Shown here one piece after another: positions 38,552 to 52,007 of a DNA stretch of 64,000 nucleotides. How positions within the stretch are numbered: the first letter of the stretch is position 1; the number at the start of each line of letters is the position of its first letter. The notes below the pieces were generated by a model that did no database searches, was not told the origin of the DNA, and saw only the letters and a list, made by a program, of their open reading frames with translations. Position numbers and translations under genes: made by a program. The DNA is from Epiperipatus broadwayi (taxonomy: Eukaryota; Animalia; Onychophora), in the NCBI GenBank assembly GCA_028023455.1, contig JAQFVV010000005.1, positions 13,640,001-13,704,000 on the forward strand. Reading direction: 5' to 3'.

Positions 38552-40832
38552 ATGGACTATAATCGGCAATACAAGCAGATATTACATTTTAGCTTATCGG
38601 TATGCACTTTTCAGCAATGGATAAATTTCCTGCAAAAATGTGCGAGGTTTAAAATTATCCCAAATTGTTGGAGTTAATATAAATAACTCTATACATAACC
38701 GAAGCAATATTAATGTACAGGTGTAGATATATTTACTTGGACTGGTCATTAAAGGATGTAATAAGGCACTCAAGAAAGAAAAAAGTGGCTGCAGAGAATT
38801 TTGGGAAATTTGGCGATTCCTCCTCAGGTGACGAAGAAGTGCAACAGTTTAGCAAGTACATCGAGTCGTAAATTTGAACGGAAGTTCGCGTTTCTAGCAA
38901 AAAAACAAGGAGTGAATATTAATACGGCCAAAAGAGAGGACTTTGTCAATTTGACTAATATAATATTGCCTGCGGTAGTTAAAGTATTGGAACTGGGTAC
39001 CAAATACATTGGTGGCAGGTAGAGAAAGCCGAGGATGGAGATGATGGCGGATATTGAGGCAGGACTAGTTAATAATGGGTGTAGGGATAACTACATTTTC
39101 CAAATCGCTAGTGATTAGACGCAAGCCGCTTTACACAGTGGCAGATACATGGAGTAGAAAAATTAGTGACACCAAAACATTTTTTGTTGATGGTTCAATT
39201 ACATGCTTGAGAAGACAAGGGGAATAAATTTGTCAAAATGAATAAAAACAAATATGTTAATAAAATGAAATTAGAAATTGATAAATTGAAATTTGTACAC
39301 ACAGTAAACTTTAATAGCAAACTTAATAAGGAGAAGTTTATAACATCGATTCTTCGTATACATTGCAATAAAGCTTTTTCTAAAGCCGAATATTATAAAA
39401 TGTGTATCCATCTTCTTCCACGCCCCCTTGGATGTTTACTAATGCTAAATTAACAAGCCTGGCATGCCTCTGAGGTTGATGTTAAACTTTGGAGGCATGC
39501 ATTATTTTGAGACTGCTAAGAAGATAAATCATTGGCTGATAGATGACTTAGGGTTTGGAGAGTTTACTATTAAATCTTCTTTCGAGTTTGTTGAGCGAGT
39601 CAAGAATGCGCTAATAAGGCCAGAGTTTAAAACTGCTGCATTAGATATTTCAGAGTTATACGGGTCTGTTAATAGAAAGAAGTCTATCAATATTATACAA
39701 GAACTTGTAAATAAAAATGTGGCTCAGGCTCGTGTTAGTTTCATAACAAAATTTTTGAGATGGTTAGATGTAAATATTATGGCAACATTTGAAGGCAAGT
39801 GGTACCACATGAAAGATGGGTGGCTTATGGGATTAACCATGAGCGGCATCATGGCAAGCATCTATTTGAATTTTTATGAAAAATAAGTATTATCTCAATA
39901 CAACATAGTAGATAATAATATAATATATACGAGGTATGTGGATGACTTATTCATTGCTGCTCCAGTAAATATTGTTGAGCACATCAAAAATCGGATACAA
40001 GTGAACACATCATTAAATTTAAATATTACATGGGAAGATATGGGGCAAGAGGTAAATTATTTAGATATCAAGGTACACAGAGAGTAAAGTATGCTTAACT
40101 ATACAATGGTCATGAAGCCACCAGAAGTTCGTGTACAGATTCACCCTGAATCATACACACCTATGACTCACAAGTTTGCTGGATTGACATCATTTCTTTT
40201 CAGAAATTACTATTTGTGCAAGTTTGAGGCAGACAGAAGGTCTAACTTAATTAATTATACTAACAACTTAATCAAATCAGGATACAGGCACAATATAGTA
40301 TATAGCAAAATTAGACATTTTGTAAATAATATTGGAAAACACAGAGATGAAGACAACAAGCCTTGGATATTGTTGCCCTATGTGCACTCTTTGCATAAAA
40401 CATTTTATAAGACTTTCTCAAAGGAATTTCATTTTGAGTTTTCATACACCCATCTCAACTAATAAGCTTATTAACAACATAAAAGACACTATAGCTTCTG
40501 ATCAGACCCCACAGGCTGTGTACAGAGTGGCATGCACTCATAATGGATGCAAAGCATCATACTATGGTGAAACAAGAGCCACCATAGCTACTAGGATATC
40601 ACAACACAAGTATAGATACAATAAGGCACATATGAATCCAGAATGCACTTCAATTTTTGCACAACATCAAAAAGTGTCAGGACATGTGTTCGAACCCGCA
40701 TCTGCAAAATTAGTTTGTACTGAGAGGCATGATATTAAGCGAAAGGTAAAAGAAGCTTACTTTATAGCAGAGGACTCCTTCGCCATTAATCGTAAGGATG
40801 CATGTTTTGCTATATCTAAAAGATGGTCTTAG
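38552..40832 (+). pseudogene. PLE reverse transcriptase plus GIY-YIG endonuclease ORF, disrupted
   Basis: Motifs VLELGTKY, PLRLMLN, LDISELYGSV, FEGKWYHMKDGWLMGLTMSGIMASIYL, TRYVDDLF (YVDD at 39935), NYLDI. GIY-YIG region: VYRVACTHNGCKASYYGETR...QH...H...KRKVKEA...IN. Confidence 0.93.
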
Positions 40833-41063
40833 TGACTCATTTGCATAGAATTTGCATATAGTATTTATTGATATAATGATTTCAAAGAAAGAAAGAATCA
40901 TAACTGGCTATGAATATGAGAAGTACATCTTCCTGAAAGTGCTCCGCCATTTAATTTAGTTTTCTATTTGTTGTTATAGCTTTACATTGGAAGTGTGATA
41001 GCACGATTTAATATTATCATATTGAAGACAATGTAAAGTATAAATCTACAGGTTATTATTTAA

Positions 41064-42520
41064 TATACTTATTATATTGAAAATGATTACCTTGCAGAAG
41101 GTAATAAAATCATACCCAATCTACTATACCCAATAGCCATAGTACCCTTTCTCAAGAAAAACAAACCTTCATCAGAACTCTCCAGCCTGAGACCCATTTC
41201 AATGATCCCACTATTACTGAAAATCATAGAATCTATAATCAAAGACCTTCAATATTCAAAAACATATCCTCAGGTACTTTTCTACATCCCAATATGCCAA
41301 AAAAGGATCTTCCACCACCCTAGCCATGGCACAGATGAAGGTCCTGGTTGACTACCTCAGACTGCAGGAAAACTAAGCAAATCACAGTTCAGTTAGATAT
41401 TGCAGGTGCATTTGACTCAGAATTAATACACACCAGAACACGTAAAGTTCCAAAAGCATATCTACAAATCATCTACAACGTTCCACAAAACCGTCACATA
41501 GTCTCGCTAGATGGAAAAATGTCAAGTAGTTTCAGACCCACACTCTCCATTCCACAGGGATCCCCCCTAAGCGCATTACTTTTCATAGCCTACATCAACC
41601 CCCTTCTTTAAATCGAAAAGCAACTTCTGGGTATTTATATCCCCAGACTATAAATAGAAATTGGCCTCTGCATATACGGATGACATTTGTGTTATTTTGT
41701 CCTCATGAGGATATCTTGGCACCCTAAATAAAATCCTTGAAAACTACACAACTTGGTATGTCACTACACTCCAGATACATTCATACTTCAGAAAACACAC
41801 AACCTTATTTACAAACTAGTCAAGGCGATTGACAATTTTCAAATAACTGCCGATAAACCCCAGTAACAGGCCACTCTCTTGCAAACAGGACTGGCTCTTT
41901 TACATAGCTTCACACTAACAAGACTGCACCAACTCCATGGCAAACATGGATGCATCCAAAATAAAATACCGGGATGTGTATAAACTCCATCACCAGCATG
42001 CAAATGGTCCAACACCCAAACTGAATATAACAAACAAAAAGATAAAATCTCAATTCAAGTTTGGGAATCTTGAACTAAATATCTCGATTTCATTATCATA
42101 TCAACCTCGATGCACTGCCCACAAAATGGTTCCTGGTCAATAAAAGAGTGTTCAAAAATATAGAGCTCTTCTGTCAGCTTTGTATGTGTGACACTGAAAC
42201 TTTTGACCATATTATAAACACCGGCCCCTACCTCAGCAACATCTGTCATCTTATTCAAGCCAAATCCAAAATCAGTTACCAAATGATTACTTCCATTCAG
42301 CACTGCCTAGGCACCAAAATGTTTGCATCGATTAGGCTTTCCACATTCCTAACCTATTCCATCTAGTTAGTTCAGTGCAGGCTAGCCTTTGATGGAGGTC
42401 ACATAGATGCATTACACTTCATCAAAACTAATCAGGAATAAAAAAAATGAGATGAAAGCCTATCATCACATACTGCCTTTATCGATACCTGGATGCTGTT
42501 CGAGATCCCCACACAAACTA
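41064..42520 (+). pseudogene. LINE A ORF2, 3' part (RT and C-terminal Zn motif), degenerate with internal deletions
   Basis: IVPFLKKNKPSSELSSLRPISMIPLLLKIIE, QLDIAGAFDS, IPQGSPLSALLFIAYINPLL, YTDD (~41673), CQLCMCDTETFDHII and FASIRLSTFL. Confidence 0.9.
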
Positions 42521-43116
42521 CATGATGCAATAAACACATGCACATACCCAAGAGATTCCACCAACCATCAGCTACATGCAACAGCCTATAGACCATCTTC
42601 CAGTCCATTACATCCATATTTGCAGAACCAAATAGATACAACACTGCAACATAATCTATTGCTGGCACAAACAGCTCCGTTGCACGGTCATTTGAGATGT
42701 CAGTCTCCCAATAATATGCACAGAGATACCTGCTATCAAGTCAGTGATATAACTATCGAACAGTTTGTTTCTTCCTGTTCAATGTAATTTCATAGGTTTG
42801 TTAAATAAAATTTCTTGGAACAAATACGATGTATATAAAATTACTTTATTTTGAACAATCATCAACTATTAATTTATCATTGTGCTAATGCTTTAAATAA
42901 AATGAAAAGCATGGTGCTGATATTATTGAGACAAGAATTATGCTTAATTTCAGGAATAACTTTATAGTGATTGGATGTTATGATATTAAAAGCAATTAAT
43001 ACTCATTTTCTTCAATTTTTGATAAAAAATTAGAAACAAAAAATTTCAACTGTATATGGACTAGAATAATATGTAAGAGAAGATAATTATCTGGAGAATT
43101 ATTTGAACAATGACAT

Positions 43117-46043
43117 TGAAACAGTTTCCACCACCTGTCTGCTTCATGTATTTTAACCCCATATCTATATGCCAGGTTTAAACCCTGTCAGAGTACCCAT
43201 CTAAACAACCTTAAATTACTATATATGCAGGATCACACAAATATATGCAAGCGGTAACACTGTAATTGAAGTATTACAGATATATGTTCATTGTAAAAGA
43301 TTTGAGTTTAAGAAATATCTGAATTACTAGTCAATTTTACGGTTTATTTTATTGAAATCGCACATGTATATAAATGCATTCCTGATGCCATTATCCTACA
43401 TATATAGTGATAAAATAAGTTTTATACTAATTATAAATGCAGCTTTTAGTCTTAGTTATAAACAACTTTTAATTAGGTCACTGCAGTAGTCTTAATATAA
43501 CGTGAGCTTAATTTTATAAATCCAAAATTTTAATGACACTTCTCAGAATTTTATAGAGTTGTAATAATAAACCAGGGGAGAAAAAGGTAGAAAAACAATC
43601 TAAATAAGTTTTAGTAATTAAATGGTTTTCTAAAATAAGTTAGTGAATTTCTCAATTGCGGTCAAGCTTGTAAACAACCAGATGGTCAGAATTTAAAAAA
43701 ATATAAATAGTTCAAGTTTTGTAGCCAAAAGATCAATTACATCTATAATAATTGAATTGTGAGCTTAACCCACGCCTGTTTTACCTTTAAAATGGAGAAG
43801 TAGGTAGGTAATCGCTTACCGCCTCCTCCTTGCGGACGTGGAAGCATGGTACTGCAAAATATAATGAACTATACCTCAGCAAAGAAGCCCGTGGTAGAAG
43901 AATCTCCATTAATGTCAAACATCGAAGAAGAGTGTCAACCATATCATCCCCAAGCGACTAGAACTGCAATGAAGATAACGGGTAACTTGATAAATTTCCA
44001 CAGAGCTCTATTCATAAAGCGTAATTCTCAATTATCTAATTAAAGCTAGCTATTTATCAAACCTGCCTTTATAAACACCTTTCCTAAAATCTGTAAAGAA
44101 AGATGTTAAATGCTGTCTGTATCTTGTCTGACTATAAAACTTATAATGTTAAATTCTCTCTTAAACTGTAAAACTATGATAATCTATTTTAACCTATATG
44201 TGTATTTTTTGCAGTCTTTTATGCCTATTTTTGATCTATGCAATTTATTTTATAATTTTATCGTTTTAATATTACATGTATTTAATATGCCAAATAACTT
44301 GAAACAGCGAGTATATATATAAATAATTTTAGCCTATTTCTCTGCGAAGATAACTTCAAATCTTCGTGATAATAAATAATTGAATTATTACTTTTCCCAG
44401 TCACCATTTCAAGATCATATTATTGTTTTACTGGTTAATTTTGTGAATTAATATTATAGTAATCAGTAGTGCTCTAGTTCAAATTGTAGTTTGCTCGACT
44501 CTAGTTATAAATTATAACTCCATATATGTAATCTGTACATCATAGGAACTAGCCACAGGGATATTATCATGGCATATTTCTAATGCTTTGTCAGTAATTG
44601 CCCCTCAAATATGCTTTGTCCTCCTCAGATTTATCTATGTTGGAAATGCAGGTGATAATCTTAAACTAGGTTACTAATTAATTTAGTCCCTAAATAGTAT
44701 ATATGAAATACTAAATATGAGAACTGGGTTGTATAGATATGCAAATAGATGCTATCTATTTTTAAGGCATGCTAAGAGAATTATACATATTTTCATGATA
44801 TATGTATAAGCTGCAGATGTTTCCTTACTAAGTATGTATGTACATTAACTGCTTGCTGTATGTTTCTTGATGAGTTGCTGGTGGAGATCAAATTTATCCA
44901 CTTAGTTCGAGTAAAGCAAACTCTTTTAGAACTGGAACACAAGGGTCCAGATTATTCATATTGATGCTTATCTGACTCTCTGAACTACTGTTCTTATTCG
45001 TAGCAAGTCGTTCGGTCTTAGGGCACCGAGCATTTGATGCTGAACACTTTTAGAACTGGAACACAAGGGTCCAGATTATTCATATCGATGCGTATCTGAC
45101 TCCCTGAATTACTACTGTTCTTATTCGTAGAAAGTTGTTCAGTCTTAGGGCACTGAGAATTTGATGCTGAAGTCCGTGAATAACTCATTAATATTTTAAT
45201 ATGTGCCATGAGTAAACCTAGAATAAACCAGTTTCTCTCCCTTTATATTAAATGCTTATTCAGTGTTAGTATAGACCCTAATCTAGGTTAACACACTAAC
45301 CTGCATATCTCAGAGCCTGATTATGTGCTCAACTTAACTGGGTATATATAGATAGAGGCCATAGAAGCGCTATTAGTTTACTTATATAACTTTGGCTATT
45401 ATGTTCCATATAATTTAGCAGACTACAAAAAAGCTAAAAATTTCGCATATTACTGTAGGCATAGACTTGAATACCGCACTCCACTTTATTGAACACTTAT
45501 AATGACATATGTAGAACCTAATCTCATTAGCTACGTAATGCCTGCGAACATATTTCATGTTCCAACTATACAATTTTGTACATTTTAGTTTTCATACCTT
45601 TTATTTTGTTTATTAAATTAATATTATTTAAAATATAACTAGTTTTCCATGTCCTTATTGTCTGTCAATTCATTTTCATCCAACCCTATATTTACCTGTA
45701 CATACATCATTATATATATATATATAGACCACTCTATTAAATTTCATAATTAATCATTATTATAGTAATGGTTCACTTAGTCAAGTGTGTATATCTTACC
45801 AATTTAGTGTTAATTTAGTTATTTTATGAGTCTCTTGTTTGACCCTGGTGCAGTGGACCATGGTTAAATTGAATGCATCTGTAACTTGGGAAATGTCATC
45901 CACAGGGTATTAGAATAATTGAAAAGAGGTGAAAGGATTAAACAATGGCAGGATTCTGGATCTTACCACCTAGATTTGATCAGCTTTAGTATATTTTGCG
46001 TATTCTGGATTTTGTTACATGGATGTAAATTTTTATCATTACA
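43117..46043 (+). repeat. Full-length LTR of family A (~2.9 kb), probable 5' LTR of the 47-50 kb element
   Basis: TGAAACAG...ATCATTACA termini. Colinear with 8419-11206. Confidence 0.78.
44923..45171 (+). repeat. ~124-bp tandem duplication inside the LTR
   Basis: The unit starting cttttagaactggaacacaagggtccag occurs at 44923 and 45047. It is single-copy in the 8419 LTR (~10180-10300). Confidence 0.85.
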
Positions 46044-47479
46044 TAGATCCCCCCCATGTTCTGGACACACAAGTGTGGGGCCTGTCATTATATTCCACAC
46101 CCTAAATAGACCATCATGTATATATGTGAACTATTTGCACATTGACCCCATAATATATGTAGAATTTTTTTCCCCTGGGTTTGAACACTCAATTTGGGAA
46201 TATATCAATTCATTCCATACCCTAGATTGGTTAATTTCTTCATACTCTGTGTCAACAACTATATAATTTTTTTTTCCAAATTTTGTTAAAATATGCCAAA
46301 ACTTTTACTATGTATGTGTGTTACTTTGATGTGGGATAAATCATGTAACAATTTTTTTTTCTTACACTCTTGTCAAAATGTAAGTCCCATTTTAAAATTA
46401 TAAAATAGTATGTGGATATAAATTTTTTTATCCCAGACTACATATGTAAATTTTTTTTTCATTTGGCATATACTTCAAAAAAACTTCATGAATTTTTTTT
46501 TCCCTTCGTTGGCGCAGGGCTGATATACGTAGGGCGATTGAAGTGAAATGCTTTATGGTTATACTTAGATTAGACTGATAAACAATTTAAAAATTTTGAA
46601 ATACATGATGTGCATGGCTGTAATTTTACTTGCTCACTGATGGCTGGTGCCTGAAAAACCTAAAGTTCTCTCTGATAATAAATTTTGTCATCAGGAGTGA
46701 GGAAAAGAAGTAAAATAATAATAAAGGAAATCCAACGTTTTTTTTGTAATATTTTAAAGAGTTGTTGGATGCGGACAATGAAACGAGTTCGACGAGATCA
46801 ATGACCAGAATTAGTGTATGGGCATTCAAATAAAGCTAAAACTGGTATAGCAATAATAATAAATACAATAATGAATCTTTGTAAAAAAATTTTTTTTGGT
46901 AGAAATGATTGCAGCGTAAGATAAGAAAGAAACAGGCACTTTGGAGTAAGAATTTATTTTATTAAATTTTAATTTATAGATTATATATTGTTTTAATCTA
47001 TAAATTTCATATAGTATACAATTTTAATATATGAATCTTATATATGTAAAATGTTGGGCGGGTAAATTTCATTACCGAGATTTGATCAAATTGCTTTAAT
47101 TTTATGTATGGCACTACAGATCATAAAGATGGAGATCTAAGTTAGGAGAAAGCTATAGTGGACTGAGGCTGGTAGAGAAAGGGACCATAGAGTGAGCAAT
47201 TTCCAGGAGAAAGAGCTGTGAGAAGTTGTAGTGATAAGATATTCCAAAATTTTCAACCGTAATACAACAGGGAATTAACAGGAATCACATATCAAAGAAT
47301 AAATAGTATAGAGGAAGAAATAGGAAAAGGAAGTGAGGTGGAAAATGTGGAGTAATAAACAAAAGCTTAGAATGAAGGATAAGCTCTGTTACACCTGAGG
47401 AGTCTGGGAAAATGCTGTGATAGGAGAGTGTAGTTGGGGATAGTAATACAGGTGGATGGATACTTGAAAGTCAATCAAG

Positions 47480-48300
47480 TAGGGACCATGATTCAGAGGG
47501 AGAAATAAAAGAATCAGAGCAGAGCGAGACCCAAAGGATACGTGGAAAGCCCCGTATGTTTTAAAAACCCCTCCATAGTAACACCGGGGACAAGTTTAGA
47601 CTTGGCTGACAGTGCTCTTAAAAATTCAAGGGAGTGTAGACAAACAATCAAAAAGGTTGGGGAGTCTGGAAGCAAAAATTCAAGAGAGTTCAGAAGAAAA
47701 CCAGCAGAATATGACAAAACTCCAGGAAAATCTGGAGGCAAGGGATTGGAGGATCGAAGAAAAATTGGAGACCAGAGATACAAAAGTAAAAGAAAGGCTG
47801 TAAGAAAGTTTATAAAGGTTGAGGATAGATTGCAGACAGAATTTCCAAAATATAAAAGTAGAAGTTATTGAGCTCTTAGAAACTCACAAGGAGGAAATGG
47901 ACCAAGCTATACAAAAATGGGGGGGGGGTGAATGTGAAATAATGAGAAAGATGGTCAAGACCCAGAAAGTGTCATTGGAAGTAGCGGTTGAGAAGATTAA
48001 ATGCGAATTAGAAATAAAACTAACCAAACAAGGAAGAGCTGAGGGTACAAGCGGAGATCATAAAAGAATTACAAAGTACACAGGGAGACATTTTGGATAG
48101 CCTGCATGAATTAAAAAAGTAACCTAACCCATGCCCAGATACCTATAGTTCAGAAACAAACTTGCCAAGAGGACCGTCATAAAAGAATTACAAAGTACAC
48201 AGGGAGACATTTTGGATAGCCTGCATGAATTAAAAAAGTAACCTAACCCATGCCCAGATACCTATAGTTCAGAAACAAACTTTCCGAGAGGACCGTGTTA
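47480..48300 (+). pseudogene. gag-like coiled-coil ORF remnant of the Gypsy-like element
   Basis: Purine-rich, E/K/Q/L-rich heptad-like frames such as LLKIQGSVDKQSKRLGSLEAKIQESSEENQQNMTKLQENLEARDWRIEEKLE, located upstream of the integrase. No diagnostic motif, so the call rests on position. Confidence 0.5.
48058..48296 (+). repeat. 119-bp tandem duplication
   Basis: The unit tcataaaagaattacaaagtacacagggagac...gaggaccgt occurs twice, nearly identical. Confidence 0.9.
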
Positions 48301-48599
48301 ACCATCCAAGGGGACAGATGCACATATCCATGGGGGCCATGGTTAGTCAGAATAGGGATGATATGAATATGGAGGTAGAGATATATAGGCATAAAGATAT
48401 TAGAGCTATAGAATTTATGAAGTTCAAGGTTGGGGAGACCGGGAAAATAAATGGATCTCCGGTTTCTCATGTTGCAGCTGCAGAGAAGATTGTAGCATGT
48501 GAGACTAACCACCAGCTGCTAGAAATTATTGTTGAAGAGGAAGAGAGGCAGACTCTAACCATAAGGGCATAGAAATGCTGGTGAGAGATTTGTCGGTTG

Positions 48600-49930
48600 A
48601 GGTCCTGAACAGATCCATCATTACACGTCACTGAGTCCAAACAGTTCCTAATCTGGTCTGAAGATACTAAACACAGAATTGTTGCTCGAAACTAAAGCAG
48701 AAGTTACCAAGGCAGTGAACATGTTCTCAGATGGATTATGGCACTACAGAAACTTAATTGTAGAGTAATGTGCTACCCTGGTCAGGAAAACGTGGTCATG
48801 GGTATCTTTGATAGACATTCAGTAAAAATTAAACCATATTACCCAACAATAAGAGATCAACCATTGGCATTGTTGACCAATAAAATGGACAGCTCAGTTG
48901 AAGGGGATCTTACGAGGCCTTCTTTACTGGCAAAGGAGACACCCTGAATATCTAAAAATTATAAAATATTCAGACAGGAGCATAGGTTTATCCGGAGCGA
49001 TGGTGGAAACCTGAAGATACCAGATTAGGAGTGGAATATTACCAAAACCAGTGGGCCCAGAGAACTATCCTTGGAGATCTGTAGCTCCTCCTAAAGTAGG
49101 GGAGCATCTGGTTTGTTATAAACATTACATTAGGGGGTAATGTGGACCTTGGAGAGACAAGAAGTCATTAGGAGGCATTTTTGCTGGACTAATGCTACCA
49201 CCTCCTTGCCAGTGCTGTTTTTTGTTACATGTGATGTTTCCAAAGTATGCTCAAAAAAATCCGGTGCAGAGACCTGGCTCAGGTTGTGCAAGAAGGGTTT
49301 CACAAGATCGGCAGTTTCCAATCATCAGAAAACCTAAGAAGATCCTTTCAGATCATGGGTCTGCTTTTACATCAGGCCAATGAGAAACATGACCAACACA
49401 AATGCGTACAGAACCTTCGCTTCCCTGAGAAACGTCCAGTCAAACACATGAGAGAATAAAAAGAAAGTGATATTATTCCGGATACCTTTGGGTGCTAACA
49501 TAAGGGGTGAATACGCTAATCCAATGAAATATCCCAATATATATTACGGTAGATGACTCCATCAGGTTCACTTTATCATGTTTGAACTTTGGGGAATGGA
49601 GCCAACCCCTAGTCAAGACAGCATTATCAGAAGGGTAGACATATTGATAGAGGCAGGGTTTGGTATGTTGCAAGGATATGGGTTCAACAAAAGGCCATGA
49701 GAAGGATGCGAAGAGGAAAGCACTCATGTATTTAGGGAAGGAAACCAAGTGTCGGTTAAGACACCTAGGCCTAGTACAGGATCCAGAGGGAATACATGAA
49801 ACTATTCACTTTGTACAGAGGTCCATATTGAATTAAGAGGGATTGCAGAGATAACTCATGTGTTGGAGGATAAGGGTATGGTCATAGGAGCTTACAATAC
49901 CTGTAGACTGAAATTATGTATCAATCAACC
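48600..49930 (+). pseudogene. Ty3/Gypsy RNase H C-terminal tail plus integrase remnant
   Basis: LQKLNCRVMCYPGQENVVMGIFDR (resembles FDIxYxPGxxNVVADALSR), IRRHFCWTN...TCDV, RKPKKILSDHGSAFTS and GPY module. Colinear with 6835-8340. Confidence 0.85.
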
Positions 49931-50988
49931 CGCTGATCCTACCTAAATCCAATCATCAAAGTTGAAAGGATCGAAACTCTACCTTCTCACTTATAAGCTT
50001 AACTAACCAAACCTGACGGTTACTAACCACATATAATGTTAAAAAATTTTCCTTTTGTTTTTTTTTCTCATTTTATAAATTTTTTTTTTATAATTGTATT
50101 TTCTAATTATTTTAGAAATGTTTTTTTTTAGCTATTTTGTATATAAATGTTCTTTATTGGATGGAGCATGGGAGCATTAGCAAAGCGTAGGATATGTTCA
50201 GACAAGAGTAAACTTAAAACTAGTTGTTTATATGAATCCCAAGACCGATCATTGTATTGTACTGTTTATTTATATATAAGGTAACAAATTGAGATTTGAC
50301 ATTGTATATCATAAAAAGAAAAAAAAAGGAGTAAAGATCTGTAATATGATTTTTTTTTAAAAAAAGACGTACAGTGAAAGTTTAATTTTTTCTTTTTTGT
50401 GATTTAATTAAAATAAATTCAATATTGGAAAGTGCATACCGAATAATTGATTCAAATAGTGAAAGGAAATTTCAAATGTAAAAGATTAATATCGGAAACA
50501 ACTTTCTAATGGTAATTAAAGATGGCAGGAATTCATAAAGAGAAGAAACTTTGTAGTAAAAAAAAAAAATAATGTAGAAGTTTATAAAATAAGAAAACAA
50601 AAAGTAAAAGAAATATGTGCAGAACTTCTAAAAAAGATCTGGGGATATAAAAGAAACTGACAGGTTGGAAAAGGGTCTTTGGCTTTTTTTCTGAGTGTTG
50701 AGCCATTTGAGGTGCCTCATATATTTTTTTTAATAAAAAATAAAATGTGTCCACTTAGATGCAAATTTAAACCACTCTCCATGAGTGAGTAGAACTCTAT
50801 CGTTTGCAGACACTTTCGTCATCTGGCTCTACCTAAATACCGATCGAAGATTTGGAAAGAATAAAACAATAAAAAAAACTACTGCATATTACACATCAGA
50901 AAGAATTGAACTTCAGATGATCAATCACCTACATAAATTTCAAACTTACTGGTAAGTTAATGGCCATAACTTTAATATAAAACTTTAT

Positions 50989-51619
50989 TCACTGAAATGT
51001 AAATGAAATGGTTATCTCATTTTTTTTATCTAAACATTTACGAACTGAGTATTGAATGAAACTGTTACCCCAGAAAAATAAAAGACACAAACTAGCTACA
51101 ACTTGAAGAAGAAATATTTGAATCAAATTATTAAATTAGGTATGCATAATCCTTTCCAATATTATAATTTTTTTTGTTATCATAAATATTAGATGTTTGA
51201 CGGGCTATAATAAATCTTTATTACTAATATAACTTTCATTGTACATGTATAAAATTAATAATGTTATTATATTTAAGTTTTAGATTTGATTATTTAGATT
51301 CCTCACTAAATGTAAATGAAATAGTTATCTCATTATTTTTATCTAAACATTTACGACCTGAGTATTGAATAAAACTGTTACCACAGAAAAATAAAATACC
51401 CAACTAGCTACAACTTGAAGAAGAAATATTTGAATCAAATTATTAAATTAGTTATGCATAATCCTTTCCAATATTATAATTTTTTTTGTTATCATAAATA
51501 TTAGATGTTTGACGGGCTATAATAAATCTTTATTACTAATATAACTTTCATTGTACGTGTATAAAATTAATAATGTTATTATATTTAAGTTTTAGATTTG
51601 ATTATTTAGATTCCTCACT
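50989..51619 (+). repeat. ~313-bp tandem duplication inside a ~1.7-kb insertion in the Gypsy-like 3' UTR
   Basis: The unit beginning tcact(g)aaatgtaaatgaaat occurs at 50989 and 51303, nearly identical. Confidence 0.9.
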
Positions 51620-52007
51620 TACCTTTGCCAAGTAATTTATTTTCTTAATTAAGTCAAAAGGAAATATCTTCTACTACTTAACAGGAATTTTAATCCCGAT
51701 CGTATAATTACTACTTTACGAGTTACGATATGTTTGATGCAGAATCAGTGAGTCTAACAACTAAGGCGTCCTCATTTATAAATTAAAAACTGATTCGGTT
51801 CACAATTGTACTCATAACAATTTCTAGGTAGAGTTGATCAGGAAATATAGTTGTTTTTTTTTGAAATAAAAAAATTAAACATTTTTTTCTTTTCCATAAC
51901 TTGATCAACTCGTGTGTGTGTATAGAGGCCTAGCAAGATGTGGAAAACCTTATAGTATATAATCCAAAATTAAGTGAAGGCATTTTTTTTTTAAGTTTGA
52001 TGAGATA

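Larger units (their letters stand above)
37702..41063 (+). mobile_element. Near full-length Penelope-like element family B: inverted pLTR (37702-38300), direct pLTR (38301-38538), ORF, 3' pLTR (40805-41058)
   Basis: 37702-38300 is the reverse complement of ~40381-41014, and 38301-38538 repeats 40805-41058. A 13-bp TSD TATACTTATTATA lies at 37689-37701 and 41064-41076. Confidence 0.93.

Noticed and set aside
42490-42800. 126-aa ORF (42407-42787) or a minus-strand LINE-like fragment after LINE A
   Set aside because: The first part is the LINE A C-terminus in another frame. The remainder has no convincing motif on either strand, so it is left unassigned.
46510-46517. TGGCGCAG as a PBS for the Gypsy-like element
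   Set aside because: It lies ~465 bp from the LTR end, whereas a PBS should be within a few nt, and the downstream bases do not continue a tRNA complement I recognise.
51616-51625. Consensus splice donor on the minus strand (AAG|GTAAGT), and a + strand donor-like site near 50953
   Set aside because: No open exon or matching acceptor could be supported, and the sites lie within a repeat insertion.
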